Source of the DNA: the human T2T-CHM13v2.0 reference genome, Homo sapiens
Reading direction: 5' to 3' (one strand)
DNA length: 64,000 nucleotides
Assembly (NCBI RefSeq): GCF_009914755.1
Contig: NC_060946.1
The translations under genes were made by a program, and so were the position numbers. The notes below the pieces were generated by a model. The model ran no database searches. It was not told the DNA's origin and saw nothing but the letters and a program-made list of their open reading frames with translations. Of this stretch, positions 1 through 15,819 are shown piece by piece. Positions within the stretch are counted from its first letter, which is position 1, and each line of letters starts with the position of its first letter.

Positions 1-3000
1 TTTATACTGTACATGAAATATCAAAGTTCACAAACCATATATTATATACTGTACATAAAATATCAAAGTACCCAAGGTATATATTCTATACTCTACAAAA
101 ATATCAAAGTACCCAAAGCATGTATTATATACTGTATATAAAATATGAAAGTACATCAAATATATATTTTATTCTGTACATAATATATCAAAGTACACCA
201 GATATATATTCTATAGTGTCCATAAAGTAACAAATTACAAAAACTATAAATTATATACTGTACATAAAATATGAAATTACATCAAATATATATTAGGTAC
301 ATAAAATATGAAAGTACATCAAATATAGATTATATACTGTACATAAAATATCAATGTACCCCAAATATATATTTTATACTCTACATGAAATATCAAAGTT
401 CACAAACCATATATTATATACTGTACATAAAATATCAAAGTACCCAAGGTATGTATTCTATACTGTACAAAAAATATCAAAGTACCCAAAGCATGTATTA
501 TATACTGTACATAAAATATGAAAGTACATCAAATATATATTTTATTCTGTACATAAAATATCAAAGTACACCAGATATATATTCTATAGAGTACATAAAA
601 TATCAAAGTACCCAAACTATACATTATATACTGTACATAAAATATGAAATTACATCAAATATATATTATATTAGGTACATAAAATATGAAAGTACATCAA
701 ATATAGATTATATACTGTACATTAAATACCAAAGTACCCCAAATATATATTTTATACTGTACATGAAATATCAAAGTTCACACACTATATAGTATATACT
801 GTACATAAAATATCAAAGTACCCAAGGTATATATTCTATAATGTACAAAAAATATCAAAGTACCCAAAACATGTATTATATACTGTACATAAAATATGAA
901 AGTACATCAAATATATATTTTATTCTGTACATATAATATCAAAGTACACCAGATATATATTATATAGTGTACATAAAATATCAAAGTACCCAAACTATAT
1001 ATTATATACTGTACATAAAATATGAAATTACATCAAATATATATTACGTACATAAAATATGAAAGTACATCAAATATAGATTATATACTGTACATAAAAT
1101 ATCAAAGTACCCCAAATATATATTTTATACTGTATATGAAATATCAAAGTTCACAAACTATATATTATATACTGTACAAAAAAATATCAAAGTACCCAAG
1201 GTATATATTCTATAATGTACAAAAAATATCAAAGTACCCAAAGCATGTATTATATACTGTACATAAAATATGAAAGTACATCAAATATATATTTTATTCT
1301 GTACATAAAATATCAAGGTACACCAGATATATATTCTATAGTGTACATAAAATAGCAAAGTACACAAACTATAAATTATATACTGTACATAAAATATGAA
1401 ATTACATCAAATATATATTAGGTACATAAAATATGAAAGTACATCAAATATAGATTATATACTGTACATAAAATATCAATGTACCCCAAACATATATTTT
1501 ATACTCTACATGAAATATCAAAGTTCACAAACCATATATTGTATACTGTACATAAAATATCAAAGTACCCAAGGTATGTATTCTATACTGTACAAAAAAT
1601 ATCAAAGTACCCAAAGCATGTACTATATACTGTACATAAAATATGAAAGTACATCAAATATATATTTAATTCTGTACATAAAATATCAAAGTACACCAGA
1701 TATATATTCTATAGTGTACATAAAATATCAAAGTACCCAAACTATACATTATATACTGTACATAAAATATGAAATTACAACAAATATATATTATATTAGG
1801 TACATAAAATATGAAAGTACATCAAATATAGATTATATACTGTACATTAAGTACCAAATTACCACAAATATATATTTTATACTGTACATGAAATATCAAA
1901 GTTCACAAACTATATATTATATACTGTACATAAAATATCAAAGTACCCAAGGTATATATTCTATAATGTACAAAAAATATCAAAGTACCCAAAGCATGTA
2001 TTATATACTGTACATAAAATATGAAAGTACATCAAATATATATTTTATTCTGTACATAAAATATCAAAGTACACCAGATATATATACTATAGTGTACATA
2101 AAATATCAAAGTACCCAAACTATACATTATATACTGTACATAAAATATGAAATTACATCAAATATATATTATATTAGGTACATAAAATATGAAAGTACAT
2201 CAAATATAGATTATATACTGTACATAAAATATCAAAGTACCCCAAATATATATTATATACTCTACATGAAATATCAAAGTTCACAAACTATATATTATAT
2301 ACTGTACATAAAATATCAAAGTACCCAAGGTATATATTCTATACTGCACAAAAAATATCAAAGTACCCAAAGCATGAATTATATACTATATATAAAATAT
2401 GAAAGTACATCAAATATATATTTTATTCTGTACATAAAATATCAAAGTACACCAGATATATATTCTATAGTGTACATAAAATAACAAAGTACACAAACTA
2501 TAAATTATATACTGTACATAAAATATGAAATTACATCAAATATATATTAGGTACATAAAATATGAAAGTACATCAAATATAGATTATATACTGTACATAA
2601 AATATCAAAGTACCCCAAATATATATTTTATACTGTACATGAAATATCAAGGTTCACAAACTATATATTATATACTGTACATAAAATATCAAAGTACCCA
2701 AGGTATATATTCTATACTGTACAAAAAATATCAAAGTACCCAAAGCATGTATTATATACTGTACATAAAATATGAAAGTACATCAAATATATATTTTATT
2801 CTGTACATAAAATATCAAAGTACACCAGATATATATTCTATAGTGTACATAAAATATCAAAGTACCCAAACTATTTATTATATACTGTACATAAAATATG
2901 AAATTACATCAAATATATATTATATTAGGTACATAAAATATGAAAGTACATCAAATATAGATTATATACTGTACATAAAATACCAAAGTACCCCAAATAT

Positions 3001-6000
3001 ATATTTTATACTGTACATGAAATATCAAAGTTCACAAACTATATGTTATATACTGTACATAAAATATCAAAGTACCCAAGGTATATATTCTATACTGTAC
3101 AAAAAATATCAAAGTACCCAAAGCATGTATTATATACTCTACATAAAATATGAAAGTACATCAAATATATATTTTATTCTGTACATAAAATATCAAAGTA
3201 CACCAGATATATATTCTATAGTGTACATAAAATATCAAAGTACCCAAACTATACATTATATACTGTACATAAAATATGAAATTACATCAAATATATATTA
3301 GGTACATAAAATATGAAAGTACATCAAATATAGATTATATACTGTACATAAAATATCAAAGTACCCCAAATATATATTATATACTGTACATGAAATATCA
3401 AAGTTCACAAACTATATATTATATACTGTACATAAAATATCAAAGTACCCAAGGTATATATTCTATACTGTACAAAAAATATCAAAGTACCCAAAGCATG
3501 TATTATATACTCTACATAAAATATGAAAGTACATCAAATATATATTTTATTCAGTACATAAAATATCAAGGTACACCGGATATATATTCTATAGTGTACA
3601 TAAAATAGCAAACTACACAAACTATAAATTATATACAGTACATAAAATATGAAATTACATCAAATATATATTAGGTACATAAAATATGAAAGTACATCAA
3701 ATATAGATTGTATACTGTACATAAAATATCAATGTACCCAAAATATATATTTTATACTCTACATGAAATATCAAAGTTCACAAACCATATTTTGTATACT
3801 GTACATAAAATATCAAAGTATCCAAGGTATGTATTCTATACTGTACAAAAAATATCAAAGTACCCAAAGCATGTATTATATACTGTAAATAAAATATGAA
3901 AGTACATCAAATATATATTTTATTCTGTACATAAAATATCAAAGTACACCAGATATATATTCTATAGTGTACATAAAATATCAAAGTACCCAAACTATAC
4001 ATTATATACTGTACATAAAATATGAAATTACATCAAATATATATTATATTAGGTACATAAAATATGAAAGTACATCAAATATAGATTATATACTGTACAT
4101 AAAATATCAAAGTACCCCAAATATATATTATATACTGTACATGAAATATCAAAGTTCACAAACTATATATTATATACTGTACATAAAATATAAAAGTACC
4201 CAAGGTATATATTCTATACTGTACAAAAATATAAAAGTACCCAAAGCATGTATTATATACTGTATATAAAATATGAAAGTACATCAAATATATATTTTAT
4301 TCTGTACATAATATATCAAAGTACACCAGATATATATTCTATAGTGTACATAAAATAACAAAGTACACAAACTATAAATTATATACTGTACATAAAATAT
4401 GAAATTACATCAAATATATATTAGGTACATAAAATATGAAAGTACATCAAATATAGATTATATACTGTATATAAAATATCAATGTACCCCAAATATCTAT
4501 TTTATACTCTACATGAAATATCAAAGTTCACAAACCGTATATTATATACTGTACATAAAATATCAAAGTACCCAAGGTATGTATTCTATACTGTACAAAA
4601 AATATCAAAGTACCCAATGCATGTATTATATACTGTACATAAAATATGAAAGTACATCAAATATATATTTTATTCTGTACATAAAATATCAAAGTACACG
4701 AGATATATATTCTATAGAGTACATAAAATATCAAAGTACCCAAACTATACATTATATACTGTACATAAAATATGAAATTACATCAAATATATATTATATT
4801 AGGTACATAAAATATGAAAGTACATCAAATATAGATTATATACTGTACATAAAATATCAAAGTACCCCAAATATATATTATATACTCTACATGAAATATC
4901 AAAGTTCACAAACTATATATTATATACTGTACATAAAATATCAAAGTACCCAAGGTATATATTCTATACTGTATGAAAAATATCAAAGTACCCAAAGCAT
5001 GTATTATATACTGTACATAAAATATGAAAGTACATCAAATATATATTTTATTCTGTACATAAAATATCAAAGTACACCAGATATATATTCTATAGTGTAC
5101 ATAAAATATCAAAGTACCCAAACTATACATTATATACTGTACATAAAATATGAAATTACATCAAATATATATTAAGTACATAAAATATGAAAGTATATCA
5201 AATATAGATTATATACTGTACATTAAATACCAAAGTACCCCAAATATATATTATATACTGTACATGAAATATCAAAGTTCACAAACTATATATTATATAC
5301 TGTACATAAAATATCAAAGTACACAAGGTATATATTATATACTGTACAAAAAATATCAAAGTACCCAAAGCATGTATTATATACTGTACATAAAATATGA
5401 AAGTACATCAAATATATATTTTATTCTGTACATAAAATATCAAGATACACCAGATATATATTCTATAGTGTACATAAAATATCAAAGTACCCAAAGTATA
5501 AATTATATACTGTACATAAAATATGAAATTACATCAAATATATATTATATTATGTACATAAAATATGAAAGTACATCAAATATAGATTATATAATGTACA
5601 TTAAATACCAAAGTACCCCAAATATATATTTTATACTGTACATGAAATATCAAAGTTCACAAACTCTATATTATATACTGTACATAAAATATCAAAGTAC
5701 CCAAGGTATATATTCTATACTGTACAAAAGATATCAAAGTACCCAAAGCATGTATTATATACTGTACATAAAATATGAAAGTACATCAAATATATATTTT
5801 ATTCTGTACATAAAATATCAAAGTACACCAATTATATATTCTATAGTGTTCAAAAAATATCAAAGTATCCAAACTATTTATTATATACTGTAGATAAAAT
5901 ATGAAATTACATCAAATATATATTATATTAGGTACATAAAATATGAAAGTACATCAAATATAGATTATATACTGTACATTAAATACCAAAGTACCCCAAA

Positions 6001-7249
6001 TATATATTTTATACAGTATATGAAATATCAAAGTTCACAAACTATATGTTATATACTGTACATAAAATATCAAAGTACCCAAGGTATATATTCTATACTG
6101 TACAAAAAATATCAAAGTACCAAAAGCATGTATTTTATACTGTACCTAAAATATGAAATTACATCAAATATATATTTTATTCTGTACATAAAATATCAAA
6201 GTACACAAGATATATATTCTATAGTGTACATAAAATAGCAAAGTACACAAACTATAAATTATATACTATACATAAAATATGAAATTACATCAAATATATA
6301 TTAGGTACATAAAATATGAAAGTACATCAAATATAGATTATATACTGTACATAAAATATCAATGTACCCCAAATATATATTTTATACTCTACATGAAATA
6401 TCAAAGTTCACAAACCATATATTGTATACTGTACATAAAATAACAAAGTACCCAAGGTATATATTCTATACTGCACAAAAAATATCAAAGTACCCAAAGC
6501 ATGTATTATATACTGTATATAAAATATGAAAGTACATCAAATATATATATTATTCTGTACATAAAATATCAAAGTACACCAGATATATATTCTATAGTGT
6601 ACATATAATAACAAAGTACACAAACTATAAATTATATACTGTACATAAAATATGAAATTACATCAAATATGTATTAGGTACATAAAATATGAAAGTACAT
6701 CAAATATAGATTATATACTGTACATAAAATATCAATGTACCCCAAATATATATTTTATACTCTACATGAAATATCAAAGTTCACAAACCATATATTATAT
6801 ACTGTACATAAAATATCAAAGTACCCAAGGTATATATTCTATACTGTACAAAAAATATCAAAGTACCCAAAGCATGTATTATATACTGTACATAAAATAT
6901 GAAACTACATCAAATATATATTTTATTCTGTACATAAAATATCAAAGTACACCAGATATATATTCTATAGTGTACATAAAATATCAAAGCACCCAAACTA
7001 TACATTATATACTGTACATAAAATATGAGATTACATCAAATATATATTATATTAGGTACATAAAATATGAAAGTACATCTGATATAGATTATAAACTGTA
7101 CATAAAATATCAAAGTACCCCAAATATATATTATATACTCTACATGAAATATCAAAGTTCACAAACTATATATTATATACTGTACATAAAATATCAAAGT
7201 ACCCAAGGTATATATTCTATACTGTATGAAAAATATCAAAGTACCCAAA

Positions 7250-10200
7250 GCATGTATTATATACTGTACATAAAATATGAAAGTACATCAAATATATATT
7301 TTATTCTGTACATGAAATATCAAAGTACCGAAAACATGTATTATATACTGTACATAAAATATGAAAGTACATCAAATATATATTTTATTCTGTACATGAA
7401 ATATCGAAGTATACCAGATATATATTTTATAGTGTACATAAAATATCAAAGTACCCAAACTATACATTATATACTGTACATAAAATATGAAATTACATCA
7501 AATATATATTATATTAGGTACATAAAATATGAAAGTACATCAAATATAGATTATATACTGTACATAAAATATCAAAGTACCCCAAATATATATTATATAC
7601 TCTACATGAAATTTCAAAGTTCACAAACTATATATTATATACTGGACATAAAATATCAAAGTACCCAAGGTATATATTCTATAATGTACAAAAAATGTCA
7701 AAGTAACCAAAGCGTGTATTATATACTGTATATAAAATATGAAATTACATCAAATATATATTTTATTCTGTACATAAAATATCAAAGTACACCAGATATA
7801 TATTCTATATTGCACATAAAATATCAAAGTACCCAATCTATACAGTATATACTGTACATAAAATATGAAATTACATCAAATATATATTATATTAGGTACA
7901 TAAAATACGAAAGTACATCAAATATAGATTATATACTGTACATAAAATATCAAAGTACCCCAAATATATATTACATACTCTACATGAAATATCAAAGTTC
8001 ACAAACTATATATTATATACTGTACCTAAAATATCAAAGTACCCAACGTACATATTCTATACTGTACAAAAAATATCAAAGTACCCAAAGCATGTATTAT
8101 ATACTGTATATAAAATATGAAAGTACATCAAATATATATTTTATTCTGTACATAAAATATCAAAGTACACCAGATATATATTCTATAGTGTACATAAAAT
8201 ATCAAAGTACCCAAACTATACATTATATACTGTACATAAAATATGAAATTACATCAAATATATTTTATATTAGGTACATAAAATATGAAAGTACATCAAA
8301 TATAGATTATATACTGTACATAAAATATCAGTGTACCCCAAATATATATTTTATACTCTACATGAAATATCAAAGTTCAGAAACCATATCTTATATACTG
8401 TACATAAAATATCAAAGTACCCAAGGTATATATTCTATACTGTACAAAAAATATCAAAGTACCCAAAGCATGTATTATATACTGTACATAAAATATGAAA
8501 GTACATCAAATATATATTTTATTCTGTACATAAAATATCAAAGTACACCAGATATATATTCTATAGTGTACATAAAATATCAACGTACCCAAACTATTTA
8601 TTATATACTGTACATAAAATATGAAATTACATCAAATATATATTATATTAGGTACATAAAATATGAAAGTACATCAAATATAGATTATATGCTGTACATT
8701 AAATACCAAAGTACCCCAAATATATATTTTATACTGTACATGAAATATCAAAGTTCACAAACTATATATTATATACTGTACATAAAATATCAAAGTACCC
8801 AAGGTATATATTCTATACTGTACCTAAAATCTCAAAGTACCCAAATCACGTATTATATACTGTACATAAAATATGAAAGTACATCAAATATATATTTTAT
8901 TCTGTACATAAAATATCAAAGTACACCAGATATATATTCTATAGTGTACATAAAATATCAAAGTACCCAAACTATACATTATATGCTATACATAAAATAT
9001 GATATTACATCAAATATATATTATATTAGGTACATAAAATATGAAAGCACATCAAATATAGATTATATACTGTACATAAAATATCAAAGTACCCCAAATA
9101 TATATTATATACTCTACATGAAATATCAAAGTTCACAAACTATATATTATATACTGTACATAAAATATCAAAGTACCCAAAGCATGTATTATATACTGTA
9201 CATAAAATATGAAAGTACATCAAATATATATTTAATTCTGTACATAAAATATCAAAGTACACCAGATATATATTCTATAGTGTACATAAAATAACAAAGT
9301 ACACAAACCATAAATTGTATACTGTACATAAAATATGACATTACATCAAATATATATTAGGTACCTTAAATATGAAAGTACATCAAATATATATTTTATT
9401 CTGTACATAAAATATCAAAGTACACCAGATATATATTCTATAGTGTACATAAAATATCAAAGTACCCAAACTATACATTATATACTGTAAATAAAATATG
9501 AAATTACGTCAAATATAATTTATATTAGGTACATAAAATATGAAAGTACATCAAATATAGATTATATACTGTACATTAAATATCAATGTACCCCAAATAT
9601 ATATTTTATACTCTACATGAAATATCAAAGTTCACAAACTATATATTATATACTGTACATAAAATATCAAAGTACCCAAGGTATATATTCTATACTGTAC
9701 AAAAAATATCAAATTACCCAAAGCATGCATTATATACTGTATATAAAATATGAAAGTACATCAAATATATATTTTATTCTGTACATAAGATATCAAAGTA
9801 CACCAGATATATATTCTATAGTGTACATAAAATAACAAATTACAAAAACTATATATTATATACTGTACATAAAATATGAAATTACATCAAATACATATTA
9901 GGTACATAAAATATGAAAGAACATCAAATATAGATTATATACTGTACAAAAGATATCAATGTACCCCAAATATATATTTTATACTCTACATGAAATATCA
10001 AAGTTCACAAACCATATATTATATACTGTACATAAAATATCAAAGTACCCAAGGTATATATTCTATACTGTACAAAAAATATCAAAGTACCCAAAGCATG
10101 TATTATATACTGTACATAAAATATGAAAGTATATCAAATATATATTTTATTCTGTACATAAAATATCAAAGTACACCAGATATATATTCTATAGTGTACA

Positions 10201-10725
10201 TAAAATATAAAAGTACCCAAACTATACATTATATACTGTAAATAAAATATGAAATTACATCAAATATATTTTATATTAGGTACATAAAATATGAAAGTAC
10301 ATCAAATATAGAGTATATAGTGTACATTAAATACCAAAGTACCCCAAATATATATTTTATACTGTACATGAAATATCAAAGTTCACAAACTATATATTAT
10401 ATACTGTACATATAATATCAAAGTACCCGAGGTATATATTCTATAATGTACAAAAAATAACAAAGTACTAAAAGCATGTATTTTATACTGTACCTAAAAT
10501 ATGAAAGTACATCAAATATATATTTTATTCTGTACATAAAATATCAAAGTACACCAGATATATATTCTATAGTGTACATAAAATATCAAAGTACCCAAAC
10601 TATACATTATATACTGTACATAAAATATGAAATTACATCAAATATATACTAGGTACATAAAATATGAAAGGACATCAAATATAGATTATATACTGTACAT
10701 AAAATATCAAAGTACCCCAAATATA
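7250..10725 (+). repeat. Segment duplicated downstream in two pieces (offsets 4726 and 6825)
   Basis: Private variants GTAACCAAAGCGTG (7703/12429), CCCAACGTACAT (8042/12768), CAAAGTTCAGAAACC (8371/13097) and CAACGTACCC (8581/13307) recur at +4726. ORFs 9617/16442, 9876/16701 and 10627/17452 and their rare variants recur at +6825. Confidence 0.85.
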
Positions 10726-13720
10726 TATTATATACTGTATATGAAATATCAAAGTTCACAAACTATATATTATATACTGTACATAAAATATCAAAGTACC
10801 CAAGGTATATATTCTATACTGTACAAAAAATATCAAAGTACCCAAAGCATGTATTATATACTGTACATAAAATATGAAAGTACATCAAATATATATTTTA
10901 TTCTGTACATAAAATATCAAAGTACACCAGATATATATTATATAGTGTACATAAAATATCAAAGTACCCAAACTATACATTATATACTGTACATAAAATA
11001 TGAAATTACATCAAATATGTATTATATTAGGTATACAAAATATGAAAGTACATCAAATATAGATTATATACTGTACATAAAATACCAATGTACCCCAAAT
11101 ATATAATTTATACTGTACATGAAATATCAAAGTTCACAAACTATATATTATATACTGTACATAAAATATCAAAGTACCCAAGGTATATATTCTATACTGT
11201 ACAAAAAATATCAAAGTACCAAAAGCATGTATAATATACTGTACATAAAATATGAAAATACATCAAATATATATTTTATTCTGTACATAAAATATCAAAG
11301 TACACCAGATATATATTCTATAGTGTACATAAAATATCAAAGTACCCAAACTATACATTATATACTGTACATAAAATATGAAATTACATCAAATACTTTT
11401 TATATTAGGTACATAAAATATGAAAGTACATCAAATATAGATTAAATACTGTACATAAAATACCAATGTACCCCAAATATATAATTTATACTGTACATGA
11501 AATATCAAAGTTCACAAACTATATATTATATACTGTACATAAAATATCAAAGTACCCAAGGTATATATTCTATACTGTACAAAAAATATCAAAGTACCCA
11601 AAGCATGTATTATATACAGTACATAAAATATGAAAGTACATCAAATATACCTTTTATTCTGTACATAATATATCAAAGTACACCAGATATATATTCTATA
11701 GTGTACATAAAATAACAAAGTACAAAAACTATAAATTATATACTGTACATAAAATATGAAATTACATCAAATACATATTAGGTACATAAAATATGAAAGT
11801 ACATCAAATATAGATTATATACTGTACATAAAATATCAATGTACCCCAAATATATATTTTATACTCTACATGAAATATCAAAGTTCACAAACCATATATT
11901 ATATACTGTACATAAAATATCAAAGTACCCAAGGTATATATTCTATACTGTACAAAAAATACCAAAGTACCCAAAGCATGTATTATATACTGTACATAAA
12001 ATATGAAAGTACATCAAATATATATTTTATTCTGTACATGAAATATCAAAGTACCCAAAACATGTATTATATACTGTACATAAAATATGAAAGTACACCA
12101 AATATATATTTTATTCTGTACATGAAATATCGAAGTATACCAGATATATATTCTATAGTGTACATAAAATATCAAAGTACCCAAACTATACATTATATAC
12201 TGTACATAAAATATGAAATTACATCAAATATATATTATATTAGGTACATAAAATATGAAAGTACATCAAATATAGATTATATACTGTACATAAAATATCA
12301 AAGTACCCCAAATATATATTATATACTCTACATGAAATTTCAAAGTTCACAAACTATATATTATATACTGGACATAAAATATCAAAGTACCCAAGGTATA
12401 TATTCTATAATGTACAAAAAATATCAAAGTAACCAAAGCGTGTATTATATACTGTATATAAAATATGAAATTACATCAAATATATATTTTATTCTGTACA
12501 TAAAATATCAAAGTACACCAGATATATATTCAATATTGTACATAAAATATCAAAGTACCCAAACTATACAGTATATACTGTACATAAAATATGAAATTAC
12601 ATCAAATATATATTATATTAGGTACATAAAATACGAAAGTACATCAAATATAGATTATATACTGTACATAAAATATCAAAGTACCCCAAATACATATTAC
12701 ATACTCTACATGAAATATCAAAGTTCACAAACTATATATTATATACTGTACCTAAAATATCAAAGTACCCAACGTACATATTCTATACTGTACAAAAAAT
12801 ATCAAAGTACCCAAAGCATGTATTATATACTGTATATAAAATATGAAAGTACATCAAATATATATTTTATTCTGTACATAAAATATCAAAGTACACCAGA
12901 TATATATTCTATAGTGTACATAAAATATCAAAGTACCCAAACTATACATTATATACTGTACATAAAATATGAAATTACATCAAATATATTTTATATTAGG
13001 TACATAAAATATGAAAGTACATCAAATATAGATAATATACTGTACATAAAATATCAATGTACCCCAAATATATATTTTATACTCTACATGAAATATCAAA
13101 GTTCAGAAACCATATCTTATATACTGTACATAAAATATCAAAGTACCCAAGGTATATATTCTATACTGTACAAAAAATATCAAAGTACCCAAAGCATGTA
13201 TTATATACTGTACATAAAATATGAAAGTACATCAAATATATATTTTATTCTGTACATAAAATATCAAAGTACACCAGATATATATTCTATAGTGTACATA
13301 AAATATCAACGTACCCAAACTATTTATTATATACTGTACATAAAATATGAAATTACATCAAATATATATTATATTAGGTACATAAAATATGAAAGTACAT
13401 CAAATATAGATTATATGCTGTACATTAAATACCAAAGTACCCCAAATATATATTTTATACTGTACATGAAATATCAAAGTTCACAAACTATATATTATAT
13501 ACTGTACATGAAATATCAAAGTACCCAAGGTATATATTCTATACTGTACCAAAAATATCAAAGTACCCAAAGCACGTATTATATACTGTACATAAAATAT
13601 GAAAGTACATCAAATATATATTTTATTCTGTACATAAAATATCAAAGTACACCAGATATATATTCTATAGTGTACATAAAATATCAAAGTACCCAAACTA
13701 TACATTATATACTGTAAATA

Positions 13721-15819
13721 AAATATGAAATTACGTCAAATATATTTTATATTAGGTACATAAAATATGAAAGTACATCAAATATATATTTTATTCTGTA
13801 CATAAAATATCAAAGTACACCAGATATATATTCTATAGTGTACATAAAATATCAAAGTACCAAACTTTACATTATATACTGTACATAAAATATGAAATTA
13901 CATCAAATATATTTTATATTAGGTACATAAAATATGAAAGTACATCAAATATAGATTATATACTGTACATTAAATACCAAAGTACCCCAAATATATATTT
14001 TATACTGTACATGAAACATCAAAGTTCACAAACTATATATTATATACTGTACATATAATATCAAAGTACCCAAGCTGTATATTCAATACTGTACAAAAAA
14101 TAACAAAGTACCAAAAGCATGTATTATATACTGTACCTAAAATATGAAAGTACATCAAATATATATTTTATTCTGTACATAAAATATCAAAGTACACCAG
14201 ATATATGTTCTATAATGTACATAAAATATCAAAGTACCCAAACTATTCATTATATACTGTACATAAAATATGAAATTACATCAAATATATTTTATATTAG
14301 GTACATAAAATATGAAAGTACATCAAATATAGATTATATACTGTACATTAAATACCAAAGTACCCCAAATATATATTTTATACTCTATATGAAATATCAA
14401 AGTTCACAAACTATATATTATATACTGTACATATAATATCAAAGTACCCAAGGTATATATTCTATACTGTACAAAAAATAACAAAGTACCAAAAGCATGT
14501 ATTATATACTGTACCTAAAATATGAAAGTACATCAAATATATATTTTATTCTGTACATAAAATATCAAAGTACACCAGATATATATTCTATAGTGTACAT
14601 AAAATATCAAAGTACCCAAACTATACATTATATACTGTACATACAATATGAAATTACATCAAATATATATTATATTAGGTACATAAAATATGAAAGTACA
14701 TGAAATATAGATTATATACTGTACATAAAATATCAAGGTACCCCAAATATATATTATATACTCTACATGAAATATCAAAGTTCAGAAACTATATATTATA
14801 TACTGTACATAAAATATCAAAGTACCCAAGGTATATATTCTATACTGTACAAAAAATAACAAAGTACCAAAAGCATGTATAATATACTGTACGTAAAATA
14901 TGAAAGTACATCAAATATATATTTTATTCTGTACATAAAATATCAAAGTACACCAGATATATATTCTATAGTGTACATAAAATATCAAAGTACCCAAACT
15001 ATACATTATATACTGTAAATAAAATATGAAATTACATCAAATATATTTTATATTAGCTACATAAAATATGAAAGTACATCAAATATATATTTTATTCTGT
15101 ACATAAAATATCAAAGTACACCAGATATATATTCTATAGTGTACATAAAATATCAAAGTACCCAAACTATACATTATATACTGTAAATAAAATATGAAAT
15201 TACATCAAATATATTTTATATTAGGTACATAAAATATGAAAGTACATCAAATATAGATTTTATACTGTACTTTAAATACCAAAGTAAACCAAATATATAT
15301 TTTATACTGTACATGAAATATCAAAGTTCACAAACTATATATTATATACTGTACATATAATATCAAAGTACCCAACGTATATATTCTATACTGTACAAAA
15401 AATAACAAAGTACCAAAAGCATGTATTATATACTGTACCTAAAATATGAAAGTACATCAAATATATATTATATTAGGTACATAAAATACGAAAGTACATG
15501 AAATATAGATTATATACTGTACATAAAATATCAAGGTACCCCTAATATATATTATATAGTCTACATGAAATTTCAAAGTTCACAAACTATATATTATATA
15601 CTGTACATAAAATATCAAAGTACCCAAGGTATATATTCTATACTGTACAAAAAATAACAAAGTACCAAAAGCATGTATAATATACTGTACATAAAATATG
15701 AAAGTACATCAAATATATATTTTATTCTGTACATAAAATATCAAAGTACACCAGATATATATTATATAGTGTACATAAAATATCAAAGTACCCAAACTAT
15801 ACATTATATGCTATACATA
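13721..15819 (+). repeat. 2099-bp (50 monomers minus 1 bp) block of right-domain type inside the left domain
   Basis: Carries the TAACAAAGTACCAAAAG, GTACCTAAAA, GTAAATAAAA and GTACATGAAATATAG/CAAGGTACC variants plus 4-mer units. Its length equals 6825-4726. Confidence 0.8.

Noticed and set aside
6652-9294. 880-aa ORF, plus the 653-aa, 408-aa and other K/Y/I-rich ORFs
   Set aside because: 42 is divisible by 3 and one consensus frame lacks stops, so long ORFs arise automatically. They are 14-aa periodic, are broken at random by stops and indels, and show no gene context or sign of codon-level constraint.
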